Shown: positions 1 to 12,880 of the stretch, one piece after another
Position numbering within the stretch: position 1 is the first letter of the stretch
Layout of the letters: the number at the start of each line of letters is the position of its first letter
From: Blepharisma stoltei ATCC 30299
Lineage: Eukaryota > Protista > Ciliophora
Assembly (NCBI GenBank): GCA_965603825.1
Contig: CBFDEM010000053.1
Span: forward strand, 310,001 to 374,000
Direction: 5' to 3'
DNA: 64,000 nt
Notes under the pieces: model-generated
Databases searched by the model: none
Told to the model about the DNA's origin: nothing
Seen by the model: only the letters and a program-made list of their open reading frames with translations
Position numbers and translations under genes: made by a program

Positions 1-74
1 GGTTGGGTCACTGCTTTCTGTCGGAGCTTTTTCTCATATTCATCTAGCTTTTGAAGCTTATCCAAAGATGCCAT
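1..74 (-). CDS. 5' end of a hypothetical protein running off the window (MASLDKLQKLDEYEKKLRQKAVTQ...)
   Basis: ATG at 72-74 after an AT-rich spacer; frame open to the window edge. Confidence 0.5.
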   Translation of the reverse strand, partial: MASLDKLQKLDEYEKKLRQKAVTQ

Positions 75-323
75 TCTTTTTATTCTTAGATAATTACTTT
101 CTAGTTTAAATTAAAGAGATTTAAGACAATCTAGTTCAATCTATCATCGATTATTTTTAATATATAGCCTATAGCTTCTGATTATGGATAAAACGTATTA
201 TTAAAAAAATACTTATCTGATATCCTGATTTATTCTATTTATATACCACCAAAAAACATTATTTCTTCTTATTTAATTGCATAATTAAAGTCTCCCAACT
301 TTCATAGCCTAATTATAAAATAA

Positions 324-947
<624 letters not shown>

Positions 948-1768
948 TTGAATTTTAATATGGATAATTATTAATTCGCCGTTATAAATCTCACACCAGA
1001 ATCATATTTTTTCTCTATGAAAATGAATAAAGCTGAAGAGCTCTATATTATGACCAAGCACTATTCTGCTGCGCATTCAAAGAATTCTCCCAGGCTTATA
1101 GTTTTCAATCAGCTCCAGCTAGTAAAATACTTTGTGAGGAAAGAATGTGACTATTTTTTCTATAGATTTCTGTTTTCTCGTTTATCAAGCTTGCTCTTAA
1201 TTGCTTTCAGACTTAATTTAACTTGATTTTCCTATCCTCTGCAGTCCGTAATGCTTTGCTGAGTGTTTAATGAGCGTGATTGTTCATGTATGAATTTTTC
1301 CTTTGATCTTTTAGCTCTTGAGTGCTTATACTTTTTGTAGAGCCATCTAATGCAACTTAGTGTGATTATTGGATATCATCTAGGCCTAGAGTGCATTGTG
1401 AGTGTGGTCTTATCTAGGGGAAACCCCTATATCTAATGTTTAGCTTTGGAATGATTCTTGAAGAAAATCCATAAAATCGCTTAATTTCCACTGAAATCGA
1501 GGAGTATCAGAGTCTCAACTGCATATCTTTAAGGAAAATCTGAAACAGTTTTATACTTTCCTTAGTAATTTTAATAGAGCTTTATTTTCAAGTGGGGGAG
1601 TCTTCAAACTCTAAACATAAACATAGCCTTTATAAATAAAAATTTAAGAGCATATTAAGAAACCCAATCGTAAAATTCATGCGCTTAAACCATGTAATAA
1701 ATATTGATTAATAGATTAGCCTTCTTCATTATAATCAAGAAAACCAATATGATTATGCTTAAATTGGA

Positions 1769-2044
1769 TTATTTAGCTGATGCTTTTTTCTTTTCAATTA
1801 TTCCTTTAAGGTGATCTGATATGTCATTTACACATCTCTCCAATTGAGCTGGAGCCATGTCACATCGCTTTTTCTCTTCTTCTGTTTTTATTGCACCTTT
1901 CCTTCCGAGGCATCTCTGAACAGCACAGCAAAATGGTTTGCACCATTTCTCTGCTTCGACTCGGATCTTTTCATCATTCCATGTTACCCTTACTGTAGCT
2001 TCAGGAATAGGAAGAATTCTATTTAATTGCTTTTCATAATCCAT
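1769..2044 (-). CDS. Twin CX9C mitochondrial intermembrane-space protein (CMC4/CMC1-like)
   Basis: CKPFCCAVQRC and CDMAPAQLERC give two C-x9-C motifs in 91 aa. Confidence 0.7.
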   Translation of the reverse strand: MDYEKQLNRILPIPEATVRVTWNDEKIRVEAEKWCKPFCCAVQRCLGRKGAIKTEEEKKRCDMAPAQLERCVNDISDHLKGIIEKKKASAK

Positions 2045-2521
2045 CTTAAAAATTATAATGATATTTCATAACATTTTCTTCATCATTGATTTGCTAATTT
2101 AAGCTAAGCAAATATAAATTCGAGTTATAGTCATATAAATAATTCATAGACTTTTATGCGTTATATAAAAGTTAGCAACTAAATATGCTAATAGCATCCT
2201 CTTCTAGAACTTGCCTAGTGTAATAGCGCTTCGGATTTCATTTATTCAAATAAAGCAGGATTCGTTTTTAATTGCATTTCAATAAATTTCAAAGCATCTT
2301 ATTTTACCATTCTTATCTCTCTTATAATTCTTTTATTCAAAAATATCAAATATTAAGAATAATTTAATTATTATTTTTACTCAATTTCATTCAAGCTATA
2401 AAAATGGCACATCTCAGCAGAAATTGATATAAAGTTTTCAACATTCTTACTAAGAAAATCTCTAATTTTCGATAAATACTGCTTAATAAATATACGTAGC
2501 TAAGTATAAAAGTATAACGAG

Positions 2522-3091
2522 ATGGACTACAACGAGAATGAATGTTTTGACGATCTAGACATGGACGCTGAAGGAAGATTTTGCGATTCTCCAATGGGAA
2601 GCCCTTCATTTCCAGATCTACTCTGTGAAACAGATCCACTATTTGGTTTAGAGCTTCCTTCTGATACTCTAAAATTGGACATGGAAGATGTACCTATTTT
2701 TGAACCAGAGTCAGGACAAAGCGATAAAGCGAGCACAGCAGTATCAGAAGGCACTCCTGAGAATTGTGAAAAGACACACACAAAGTCATCAAGTCAGGAA
2801 TTTGTAAATGAAGAAAAAGAAATGCAAATTTCGCCAATTAAAAGAATTGGAAGTCTTACTCTTGAAGAAAGACATATGAAAGTCCAAAAGTACTTGGACA
2901 AACGCCAGAAGAGGACTTGATGTAAGCGAATTAATTATGACTGCAGAAAAAGGGTAGCTGATAAAAGAATCAGGGTTAAAGGAAGGTTTGTTACGAAAGA
3001 GCAAGCCAATTTGTTATTAAAAGAGCAAAATCAAGGAAACTGTCAAAAGGAAATTGAAAATAGTCAGCCTTATCAGGCAACACCTAATTAA
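2522..3091 (+). CDS. CCT-domain protein
   Basis: Reading TGA 2918-2920 as W gives ERHMKVQKYLDKRQKRTWCKRINYDCRKRVADKRIRVKGRFV, a CCT motif; acidic N-terminus; TAA 3089-3091. Confidence 0.9.
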
Positions 3092-3098
3092 TTTATTT

Positions 3099-4589
3099 TT
3101 AACTATTTAACGGAGAGCTGAGGATTGAGTATATATCGTTCTATATAATTTTTACAAGAGTTTGCTCCCACTGCTCCGAGTTATCATATGTTTCCAGAGC
3201 GTGCTTGATAATTTCTGGATATAGATGATTTCTTAAACACTATATAAATTTTACATTTATAAATCCAATAAATAAACCTCTATAAATCTTTTGTTGCCTT
3301 GTTAACTGTGCCTCGGGCAATAAATGGCTTCCTTTCTGCATAGAATATTCCGCAGTCTTTTTTAACAGCAAACCTATTTCTGTATAAAAGGTTTCTTTTA
3401 ACTCCTCAAGAGGAAGCTCTCTAAGTTCTAATTACCTTATTTCACTAATAATAGTAATACAGTTATTATATAAAACGCTAATACTTCCATATTCAAGTAA
3501 AGGATTCTCTTTTTGCGCAGTCGATTCCCACATAAACAATTTTACCATAGTTTCAAAGTGAGTTAATGTTTTTTGGCACATTTCTAGAAACCTTAATTGT
3601 GTTGATGATATTATAGCATTGCTTATTTCCTTAGATATATTCGCGCCAAGTGGTAAAAAAATGTCTCTATTAATTTCTAGCCACAAAGAAGATATTTCTC
3701 TTATGTCCGATATAAGATCTAATTGACTGAAATTTCTCGACAAATCTTCGACCGACATCAAAATCAAATCAAAGCAAAACCGTTTAAATAGCAAATCATG
3801 GTCTTTAAAATTAATATAAAAAATTTCAGTAAAAGAAGGGAGAAAATCTTTGATAGTATTTAAATAAAATAATATGTAAAGTTTTGGAGTGTTTTGTTTA
3901 GATAATTTTTTTGCAAGATATTTCTTTTTGTACCTGATATATGATTCACAAAGCTGATTTTCGTCCAAATTTTTTAGATGTTTAAGGATAAGTAAATAAT
4001 TAAAGGTCTTGTCCTTATCTAAGGTATCTGTAAGCTGGTCAATGACATCGTCTTCAATTCTATGTTTTAGTTCTAAGATTGTATTTCAGAGACCTGCGAA
4101 TATGCCACATTTATAGTTATCTTTGAGATTTTCTACGAATTTTAATAGCTCTAAAGCTTCATTGTAATGATGGGCATTTATCAGTGTTTTTAGGAGGGCA
4201 GGAACATCAAGTATTTCACTAATGATACCTTGTTGGCTTGAAACCATTCTTAGCTTTTTCTGTTCTTGAAGATTTTCTTCAAGTTTTTGCCAATTGCTTT
4301 GTAGCGATTTTTCCAATTCTGTAGTTTGCTCCAAAGCTGAATTTAAGAACGAAGAAATCGTGTTTTCAAGCATTTGTATTTCTTTGCCATCCCCTAAAGC
4401 TTCAATGAATTCTTTGCTTTCAGTCAATGCTTGTAGCTTCATTTGTTTATTCAGAGTCTGCAGCTCAAGCAAATTTGCCTCTTGCTCTTTCACAAGCCTA
4501 GGAATCGGATAAGAAAGTAATGTGTTGAAGTATTTAAGTGTTGAATGATCTATAGCCGACTTTTTTAAAAAATACGTAGTAAGAGACAT
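3099..4589 (-). CDS. COG8: Conserved oligomeric Golgi complex subunit 8 (Dor1)-like
   Basis: ISEILDVPALLKTLINAHHYNEALEL resembles the Dor1 motif; TGA=W at 4086; 15-nt introns at 3421-3435, 3240-3254 and 3141-3155. Confidence 0.75.
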
Positions 4590-4711
4590 CTTTCTAGCTT
4601 AGAAATTAATATAATTATCACTATTCTCATCTAGCTTTTACTATAAAACCTTCATAAAGATTTCTTAATTAAAAGCTGTATGATATGCATAATGAATTCA
4701 TAAACTTAAAT

Positions 4712-6226
4712 ATGAAAAACTACTACAGCCGAGGCAAGCGAGAAGAGATGGAAAACAAGCTAAGGCAAGAACAGAAAAAATTTGAAACCATGATGCAGCA
4801 AGCAAGAAATAGACAAAAAGAATTAATCAAAGAAACAAACGAAATTAGAAGGTAATTTTAAAGCAGCATTTCTAAAGTTGCTGCAGCACAAATCAGGCTG
4901 CAAGAAGTACAGAGGCAAGAAGAAGAGAGACGAAAAAGAAAGGATCACAGAGATGCTTATATTAGCTATCTTAGAGGCAACAACAGAGGCTGCTCTAGAG
5001 AAAGAGAAATTTCTGCTTTAGATCTCCAAATTGTTGAGCCTCCTAAAGAAAAAACCAAAATTCCAGCGCCAAATCATAATCAGCCAGTTGAATGCAGGAT
5101 AAACACCCCAAATACCAAAATTCCTCGTTTTCTTTCAAATTTGAAAGAAGATAAGCCATTATGAAGTAAAGGAGATTTACTTGATAGTCTTGATTTATCA
5201 AATACAAATTTAAATAAAAAACCCAAAAAAGAAGAATTTGAAGATTTAAATAAGCCTGAATGAAATCCTACTGAAAAGGAAAACTGGCTTGAACAAAATA
5301 TAAGGGAAAGTATCAGAGAATGAGCCCCAACAAAAGAAATGAAGATTATTAGTGAAGAAGAGGAAAAACCAGAAAAAATAGAAAACATCAAGCCTACTAA
5401 AAGAGTCACCAAAGTACTCTCTGTGAAAAGACAGACAAACCAGAATAATCAGATAAATGCGATAGAGAACCAGGAAAAAGTTACAGAAAAGCCAAAGTCA
5501 AAATTTGTGTCAAGAATAAAATCAATTGGGAACAATGATCCAGATACAGAGTTTTTAAATGTTGAATTGGAGTGTGTAAATGAAGCAGAAAATAAAATTG
5601 AAGAGTCTTTAGCAAGGCTTGATATAAAAGCTTTAAAAGTAAAGTGCAAAAGTGAAGTGGCAGATCTCAACCAAGAAGTCGAAAAACTAGAAGGGTCAAT
5701 AGAGAAGCTGAATCTTCAAATGGATAATAAAAAAGAAATAAAAAAAGCAGAAGTGCCTGCACAAGAGCAGCCTGTCCAGAAAGTTGAATTTAAGCCAATT
5801 GCTAAGAAAGATAAAAACGAGCCCGCAAAAATGACATATAATTCTAGATATGAACAAATTAACGAAAATGAAGGATCTGATAGCTTGTCAAGATTTGGAA
5901 TCGATGATACAAGGTCGATATATAGCGCTCATCCATACCCAAGGAAAAGACTTATTGATGAAGATGAGCGCTCTATGGTCAGTGCAATCCCAGGGAAAGC
6001 TGAGCCTAGCGAGTATGGCGCTTATTCTGTGTTTGGAGAAGAAACTAAGTCAAATAGATCTAAAAAATATTCAATAGTCCATAGAAAGCAGTCCCAACAA
6101 AAACTATTCTCAAAGGATGCAGAAACAGATATAGCAAGTGAACAATCTGAAACAAAAACAGTACAAGGAGACGTTGTAAGAATCAACCCAAATATAGATG
6201 TTAGAGCTTTGTTTTTCGATGATTAA
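4712..6226 (+). CDS. Hypothetical charged coiled-coil protein
   Basis: ATG 4712, 15-nt intron 4852-4866 (gtaattttaaagcag), several TGA=W, continuous into track ORF 5339..6226. Confidence 0.75.
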
Positions 6227-6381
6227 CCTTAAACTTCTGCTCTCTGTAATGGATAATTCTAAAGCACCATAAAATAGTTTTAATTAATTAAAAATGTTTT
6301 AGCTGTTAAATCTGTGTATATTATGATAGTTAAATGGCTTTTATTTATTTTTGTATATTCTTATAGCTCAAAATATAATGC

Positions 6382-7207
6382 TTAGCTAATTTTTTCCATT
6401 ATTTTCATTATTTCTATCTCAGAGTTTAAGTTTTTTTGCAAATCTTCAATTCTTTGAGTTTTATCATCTATTTCTAATTTTAATTTTTTAGCTGAAGGTA
6501 ATTGAATTGAAACTTGAGAATACTAAAGCATTCAAAAAATGGAAATCTTGTTTATACTTTCTTTCAATTTAAAGGATAGGAGTATCTACTAAAAATGATA
6601 GCCATTGAATTGGGCTTTATATCCACTATAGTTCACTGTTTTAATTGATTTCTAAAGAGAAAACTATTAGAGGGGATGAATTACAATAAGTCTCTTCTTT
6701 TCATTGTTACATTCAAGAATACCATTTATAAAGGGCTGTTGAACACATCTTTAATTGCATTTCATTTCCTTCAAATTCTTCTATAATTGGCTTTATGTTC
6801 TCCAAAGCCTTAGGAGTCACTTCAAGACTTAGCAAATCATTCCATAAGTTTCTTCACTGCGCTATTATTTTATATTGGCCTCAGGAAGGCTTTTTGCAGC
6901 CAAGAAGAATTGGAATGCCCATCATAACTGTTTCCATAATTTTAGGCGGCTTTTGGTAGGAATATATTTCGAAATGATCATATTTATTTATAGAGAGCAG
7001 TGCTTCGTGTGCTGATCTAAGTATTGGCAAATATGTTGAAGTTACATTATTGGTCAACTTGTCGAGATCATGCAAATAAGATACTTCTGCTTCATAAATT
7101 TGTATTTTATGAGAAAGGCCTTCAATATTCTGCGTTAAGTCATCACGGAATAAATCAATATTTCCTCTCGCTTCAATAATATCGATTATAACCGAATAAG
7201 GATTCAT
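6382..7207 (-). pseudogene. Dynein-stalk (microtubule-binding domain)-like gene interrupted by an insertion
   Basis: EIYSYQKPPKIMETVMMGIPILLGCKKPSW...ALYKW resembles the dynein stalk head; frame broken at 6710-6529 and by TAG 6523-6525; coiled-coil tail resumes to TAA 6382-6384. Confidence 0.5.
6529..6716. mobile_element. 174-bp insertion flanked by a 7-bp direct repeat (CATTCAA at 6529-6535 and 6710-6716)
   Basis: Removing the insert plus one repeat copy rejoins the coding frame (KWYSWM|L*YSQVSIQLP). Confidence 0.45.
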
Positions 7208-7254
7208 TAATTAATTTCAATTGGTAATGAGAATAAAATTTAAAGTTAGGCATT

Positions 7255-8283
7255 CTATTGTTCTGGCATCCCATCGTTAACATAGCTAAACCCTTGATAA
7301 GTTGGGCTTGCAGCGCCTAGCCTTGCATCTTTCCCAAGAGAGTCAACTGCTGGCATTCTCTTGAACTCTTCTTCAAAATTGCCTAATCCATGATCTCTAT
7401 TAACACTTGGCACAAACGGTGGCCTGATCTCTTTCCTCAGCAATGCTCCCCAATTAATCGCCGCAAAAAATGGATGTGCCTTAATAGGTTCACTATCATT
7501 TGCTCCACCCCCTAGCCTTTGTGCTGGATCTTTCACAAAGAGCCTTAGCAATAAATCTTTTGCATTGCTCGACAAATAGCCAGGGAAATTAATCTCCTCG
7601 TGCAAAATGCTATTAAAAAGTTTTTCTCTATCTCTTGTATAGAATGGTGGCAATCCTGTAAGCATTTCATAAATTAAAGCACCTAAGCTCCACCAGTCCA
7701 CAGCTTTCCCATGGCCTTGCTTAGCAAGAATTTCAGGGGCAAGGTACTCAGGGGTTCCACAAAAAGACTGGGCTCCTGAGTTATCGACGATATTTTCTTT
7801 TGACAGACCAAAGTCTGTTATTTTTGCATAACCTTCAGCATCAATTAAGATATTTTCTGGCTTAAGGCTAAATAATTGTTACTCTCGGTAAACTATGTTT
7901 AAGGAATGAAGGTGCTCGATTGCTGAGACCATACAAGCTGCGTAAAACACTGCTCTAGGCTCATCGAAACGTTGTGCTCGGGATAAATGAAAAAAGAGCT
8001 CTCCTCCTGGGCAATACTCTAATACAAAATAAAGCTTCTTTGGGCTTTGAAATGCATATTTAAGCTTTACGATATAAGGGTGGTTTACTCTTTCTAAGAC
8101 ATTTCTCTCTGTTCGTGTGTGCTCGACTTGGTTTCTGCGGGCAATATAATCTTTGCGTAGCATCTTCATAGCCAGCATTTCTCCAGTGTTGTTTTTTCTG
8201 ACAAGAAGGACTTTTCCGTATGATCCTTTACCGATAACACTAAGAAGTGTGAAGTCTTCAATTGAAACACTGTGATCAACCAT
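7255..8283 (-). CDS. AGC-family Ser/Thr kinase (S6K/SGK/PKB-like)
   Basis: GKGSYGKV, YRDLKPEN (restored by 15-nt intron 7868-7882), DFGLSK, SFCGTPEYLAPE, AGC tail YQGFSY. Confidence 0.95.
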
Positions 8284-8636
8284 ATTTTTTAGTGGCAAAA
8301 GAAATACAGTTTGAAAAGTTGATGAGTTATTGGCAGGTGACCGAAAATAAATTTAGTGTAGATGCTTGATTTTTTATTGATTTCTACATAAGTTTGAAGA
8401 AAATAAATTGAAAATAATTAGGATGATAAAATAAAATAATAATCTTAAATAATTGTTTCGAGTATTATTTGAGATCCATTTAATAGAACGCATGCTAATA
8501 TTAGGTTATTTCTAAATCTCAAGCGTTTTTAAATAGATCAATGAAATTATTAATCTTTTAACGCATGCTCTATTTTATCATGATTTTCACTTAGAATAGC
8601 CATTTTCCCTAGATACTTAATATCGTTAAATTTAAA

Positions 8637-10073
8637 ATGCAGTTAATAGGCTTACTGTTACCTATTGTATTTGCCGCTGATACTTTAAATCTACTTCAGC
8701 GTGAAAACGAGCAACTCCGCAACGCAAACTCCATTCTACACAAGCAGCTAGTACAGCTTGCCCAAGTTTCTGATTCATCAGATCTCATTGAAGCAGATTT
8801 TGCTTACAACAAAGCCAAAATCCAAGCAATTTTAGATGGCTACTGGGCTGAAAGTGATGAAGCTGTTAGACTTGCTTTAGCAGAAGAAATAGAAAATTAT
8901 TTAAAATCTTTAGTAGAAGACTTGAATTTAATGGGTGGATTCAGTGAAGGAATCCAGTCAGCTGATCTTGAAGACCTTATCGTGGCACTTTCAAGCTACA
9001 TTGAAAGCACAAAAGAAGCTTTAGAACACGAAGAATTCAATAAAGCTTATAGTGACCTTAAACTTGCACTGGATAGAAAAGAAGAAACTCTTAGGAAGTT
9101 GCAGTTAGAAAATGCGAAATTGACAGGAAAGTTAGACTCAGTCCAAGCTGAGCTAGAACAGACCTCTCAGCAGTATGAACACGATAAAATAAAGCTAGAT
9201 GACGTTAAAAATGAGCTAGATGAAGTAAGAAAAGACCAAGAAGCTAGGCTTGAAACTTTGAAACAGACAATGAAAAGTGAGGAACAAGTTTCCAGAACCA
9301 AAGAAATCAATGATTTCAAAATAATTCAAGAATCAAACGACAATTTAATAGCTCAGCTTCAAGACCAAAGTGCTGAGCAGTCATTGAAAATTGAGCAGCT
9401 AAGTGTTGATAAATCCAATTTAATAGCAAAATTAAGGCTACTCAATAACACTATTGATAGGATGGAAAGCGAGCTGCAAGCGAGATCAGCCCAGCTTAAA
9501 GCTGCAGAAGAGAAATTCGAAGAATTCAGAAAACAAGTCGAGTATGACACTAATGATGAAATAAAATCTTTAAGGAACTCTGAGCAAGCTCTTAAAAAAG
9601 AGGCTAAAGATCTCCAAGAAAAACAAATAGAGCTTCTTGAAAGCATCACAAACTGCACAAAAGAACTCGACCATTTGCAGCTATTAAAAAGACAAAAAGA
9701 TAATAAAATTAAAGAGCTAGAACTTGAGCTATCAGAAGCAGAAAACAGGATTGAGCATGCCAAAACTGCAAGGTCTCAAGAAATTGAAGGATACAAGCAA
9801 GATTTAGAAAGCTCAGAAGAAAGCTTAAATGATTTACAAAGACAGCTAGACGACGCACTTACAAAAATTGCAGCTCAGAATAGCCAAATTCGGGAGCTTT
9901 CTGACAGTTTATCTGAGTCTGAGTACAAAAACAAAAGAAACAGCCCTCCGCCTATAGAAGAACCTAAAGAGCGCAAGGAGCCAAAAGAAAGTTTTTATGA
10001 AGCTCCCCAAGATTCTACCTATTATTCCTATTCCTCTACACTCCGAGGATTTTCTTTACCTATTATAAACTAA
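8637..10073 (+). CDS. Long coiled-coil protein with N-terminal signal peptide
   Basis: 478-aa uninterrupted ORF; MQLIGLLLPIVFA leader; heptad-rich E/K/L/Q body. Confidence 0.8.
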   Translation: MQLIGLLLPIVFAADTLNLLQRENEQLRNANSILHKQLVQLAQVSDSSDLIEADFAYNKAKIQAILDGYWAESDEAVRLALAEEIENYLKSLVEDLNLMGGFSEGIQSADLEDLIVALSSYIESTKEALEHEEFNKAYSDLKLALDRKEETLRKLQLENAKLTGKLDSVQAELEQTSQQYEHDKIKLDDVKNELDEVRKDQEARLETLKQTMKSEEQVSRTKEINDFKIIQESNDNLIAQLQDQSAEQSLKIEQLSVDKSNLIAKLRLLNNTIDRMESELQARSAQLKAAEEKFEEFRKQVEYDTNDEIKSLRNSEQALKKEAKDLQEKQIELLESITNCTKELDHLQLLKRQKDNKIKELELELSEAENRIEHAKTARSQEIEGYKQDLESSEESLNDLQRQLDDALTKIAAQNSQIRELSDSLSESEYKNKRNSPPPIEEPKERKEPKESFYEAPQDSTYYSYSSTLRGFSLPIIN

Positions 10074-10079
10074 TGTTAT

Positions 10080-10923
10080 TTATTTTCTAGGTCGTCTTTT
10101 AACCTGTATATAGGGTGGTGTATGCATCATGTCATAGTCTCGTTCTTCATAAAACTCTTGCTCTTCTTTCAAGGTTTTTTCACACAGTTCGCACATTTTT
10201 TCAGCTGCTTCACTAGTTTGGTTTAACAATTGTGTTTTTTGGTCAATGCTCCTTGAAAGATGGTCTCTGGAGGCTTCTAATAAATCCATCAAAATTGATA
10301 ATTTCTTCTTTTGCTTTTCAGTTATCAGTTCCATTTTCTTTACTTCGCCTTCTAGGTGGTAAAGTGTAGAAATTGACCGCTGGTATTTAAGTCTTGCTTC
10401 TTTTTCTTCTCTTGTTTGCAAAAGTGCTTTATCAGCGATTTGCATTAATTTTTGGATTCGGAGATCGGCTTCTTTTAATTGGTTTTCTCGCTCTTCAGTA
10501 ACATTATCGATTTCTTCTCTTATTTCTTGGTTCCTTTCTTCAATACCCCTTAGCTCTTGTTCACGTTTTTCATATTGTCGCTTGTTCTCTTCATAAAGAG
10601 CTTTATATTGCGCTTCAAGGTCAGTTTTTCTTTTAGTTAATTTTTCATTCTTTTCGTTACGCTTAGAAAAATAAGTCTGAAGTTTTTCAAGCTGATAGGA
10701 CTGCTTTTGGCTGGATAAAAATTACTTTTCTTCAGTAAGCTGCTGGATTTCAAGCTTTTTCTTTGCGATTTGTTTTGCGGCTTCTTCAAAAATTAGCGAA
10801 CTTTTAACTTTGCTTGCGTTTTGGTTTCAGCCTTGAAGTTCTTGTATAGAATTTACTTTTAATGTCAGGGGAGGATTCGAGGATTCTGCGAACCAGCTCT
10901 TTTTTAGGGTTAGTTTTATCCAT
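10080..10923 (-). CDS. Hypothetical coiled-coil protein
   Basis: ATG 10923; 15-nt intron 10711-10725; probable 16-nt intron 10841-10856 (ends AAG, less certain); joins track ORF 10080..10445. Confidence 0.65.
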
Positions 10924-11048
10924 TTTATAAAAATTTAAATAAATATAGAATGGTATGTATTTTATATAAAATAATCAAAGAATTTCTAATAAAATCAGAA
11001 TAGTAAAATTAAAAGGTCAAACTTACTATCACAATTTCAGAACTTTTC

Positions 11049-11930
11049 CTATTGAAAATCAGTTCTTTTGATCGTCTGCTTTCCTTCAATTCTTATCTGA
11101 GTTTTCAAAGTCAATAATTTGAAAATTGCCAAAGCGCTCGAAGTAATTCCACAGATGCTGTAAAACACCCCACTCACATTTTGCGTGAAAGGTAATTTCA
11201 GCGATTTCATCAGCATAAAGATTCGCAAGAAATTCTTCATAATATCTAGAGCTTGATATCTTCGCTTTGTCCGAATTTTCACCAAGCTTAGCATTTTCTT
11301 ATACCCATGGTTATCATAATTAATAATTCTCCCAGGGTCACTCTCCAGCTCTTCTATAAGTTCTGTCTCTTTAGCTCGTCTTTTTCTTACAGAGAATAAA
11401 TTGATTATCAATAATAAAATATATCTTACAAACGACGCCGCATCTTTTGTACTTTCCCATTTCCAGTTTGCATTGGTAATCACTTTGGAGATTACTCCAA
11501 TTTGTGCAACTCAGACCAAGTTGTCTAGTATATAATAGATCGCCCCAGCTATATGCCTGACTAATTTTAAGATAATAATAGCGTCATAAGGCCCTTTGGT
11601 GTTTTTCCCAATGCTTCCTAGTTCTTCAATCCATCTCAATAGCCGAAAAATTTTTCGCCCATTCTTCATAGACTCATTAATTATTTTCGCATTTCTGAGT
11701 ATTATCGGCCACTCTCGAATGCGATTTTCTGCAAGATAATCAATCATGCAATTTTTATATAAGTCTGAGAGGTGCTGCACCACACCTAAAATTTTATCTC
11801 TGCCTCGAGATGATCTGAGAACATGGGAAACGCAAGTGGAGAAATAGAGGATTAATTGGGAACCTTTTACTGTTGGCTGGGCCATCAGCTCTAGAAAAGA
11901 TGAGCTTCTTTTGACTTTGGTTCTTTTCAT
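11049..11930 (-). CDS. PEX11: Peroxisomal biogenesis factor 11 family protein
   Basis: GRDKILGVVQ and GRKIFRLLRW motifs; TGA 11511 = W in LDNLV-W; C-terminal hydrophobic helix. Confidence 0.8.
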
Positions 11931-12039
11931 CAAATCTTCAACAAATTTTTATTCATATTCGTTTTGTGAATTTAAATTAGGACAAAACCAATTAGTGGGT
12001 AATTAACTAAGCAGCAGATAAATAATAATTTCAACAAAG

Positions 12040-12777
12040 ATGAAAATGTGGAGGAGGGTTCTTGCTGAAGCACAAGGAACTGCTTTACTTGCGTTTCTGA
12101 TCACTGCAAGTGGTGGGAATCCTTATGCTATTGCTTTGGGGCTATGGATTGATATAGTAGGAATAGGATTTATTGGAGGTGCACATTTCAATCCTATTGT
12201 CACACTTAGTGTGATGGCAAAGAAAAAATATTTCAAAGCCTTATCGAAACATGAAATTATGGAATCCACTGCTTATCTGGTAGTACAGTTTCCAGCGGCT
12301 ATTATAGGTGCAATATCGGGCTTAGCGATTCGCCCTTCAGATTTTATGATAAATATCGGTGAAAATAGCTCAATATTTCAAGGGCTATTTGCAGAAGCTG
12401 TTTTTACTGGACAGATGGTGCTGGTGATCCTCATTGTGGGGGAATTAATGGAATCAAAGCTTGTCTCTGCTTTAGCTGTAGCAATCACTGTTTTAGCTGG
12501 AATTTTAACAGTAGGAAGTATTTCTGGAGCTTGCTTTAATCCTTTTGTATGCTCTTCAATCGATATCGTTCAGTATATTAGATTCAATGATTCAGCATAC
12601 ATCGACAATCTATGAATTTATTATGCTGGCCCACTTATTGGTGGGATAGTTGCAACAATTGCGGGTTGTGTTTATCTCACCGACTCAAAATTTACTAAAA
12701 AGAGAGACGAAGAAACTATCAACTGTGCTACTCAGGAAGGGGAAAATTGCCAATGCGCACTTATAAAAATGGTATAA
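12040..12777 (+). CDS. Aquaporin / MIP family channel
   Basis: AEAQGT, GAHFNPIV, SGACFNPF, then W(TGA)IYYAGPLIGG; six hydrophobic segments. Confidence 0.92.
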
Positions 12778-12880
12778 GCAAGGTTTTTAATTAAAAATTT
12801 CGATAATCAAGGAGTTGAATTTATGTATTATGCCATTTTAAGAGAAATAAATTCAATTTGTCGCTAATTTAATTACACAG

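Noticed and set aside
6523-6710. 188-nt GT...TAG intron explaining the break in the stalk-like gene
   Set aside because: Far outside the 15-16 nt size seen here, and splicing it enters the wrong frame and stops early
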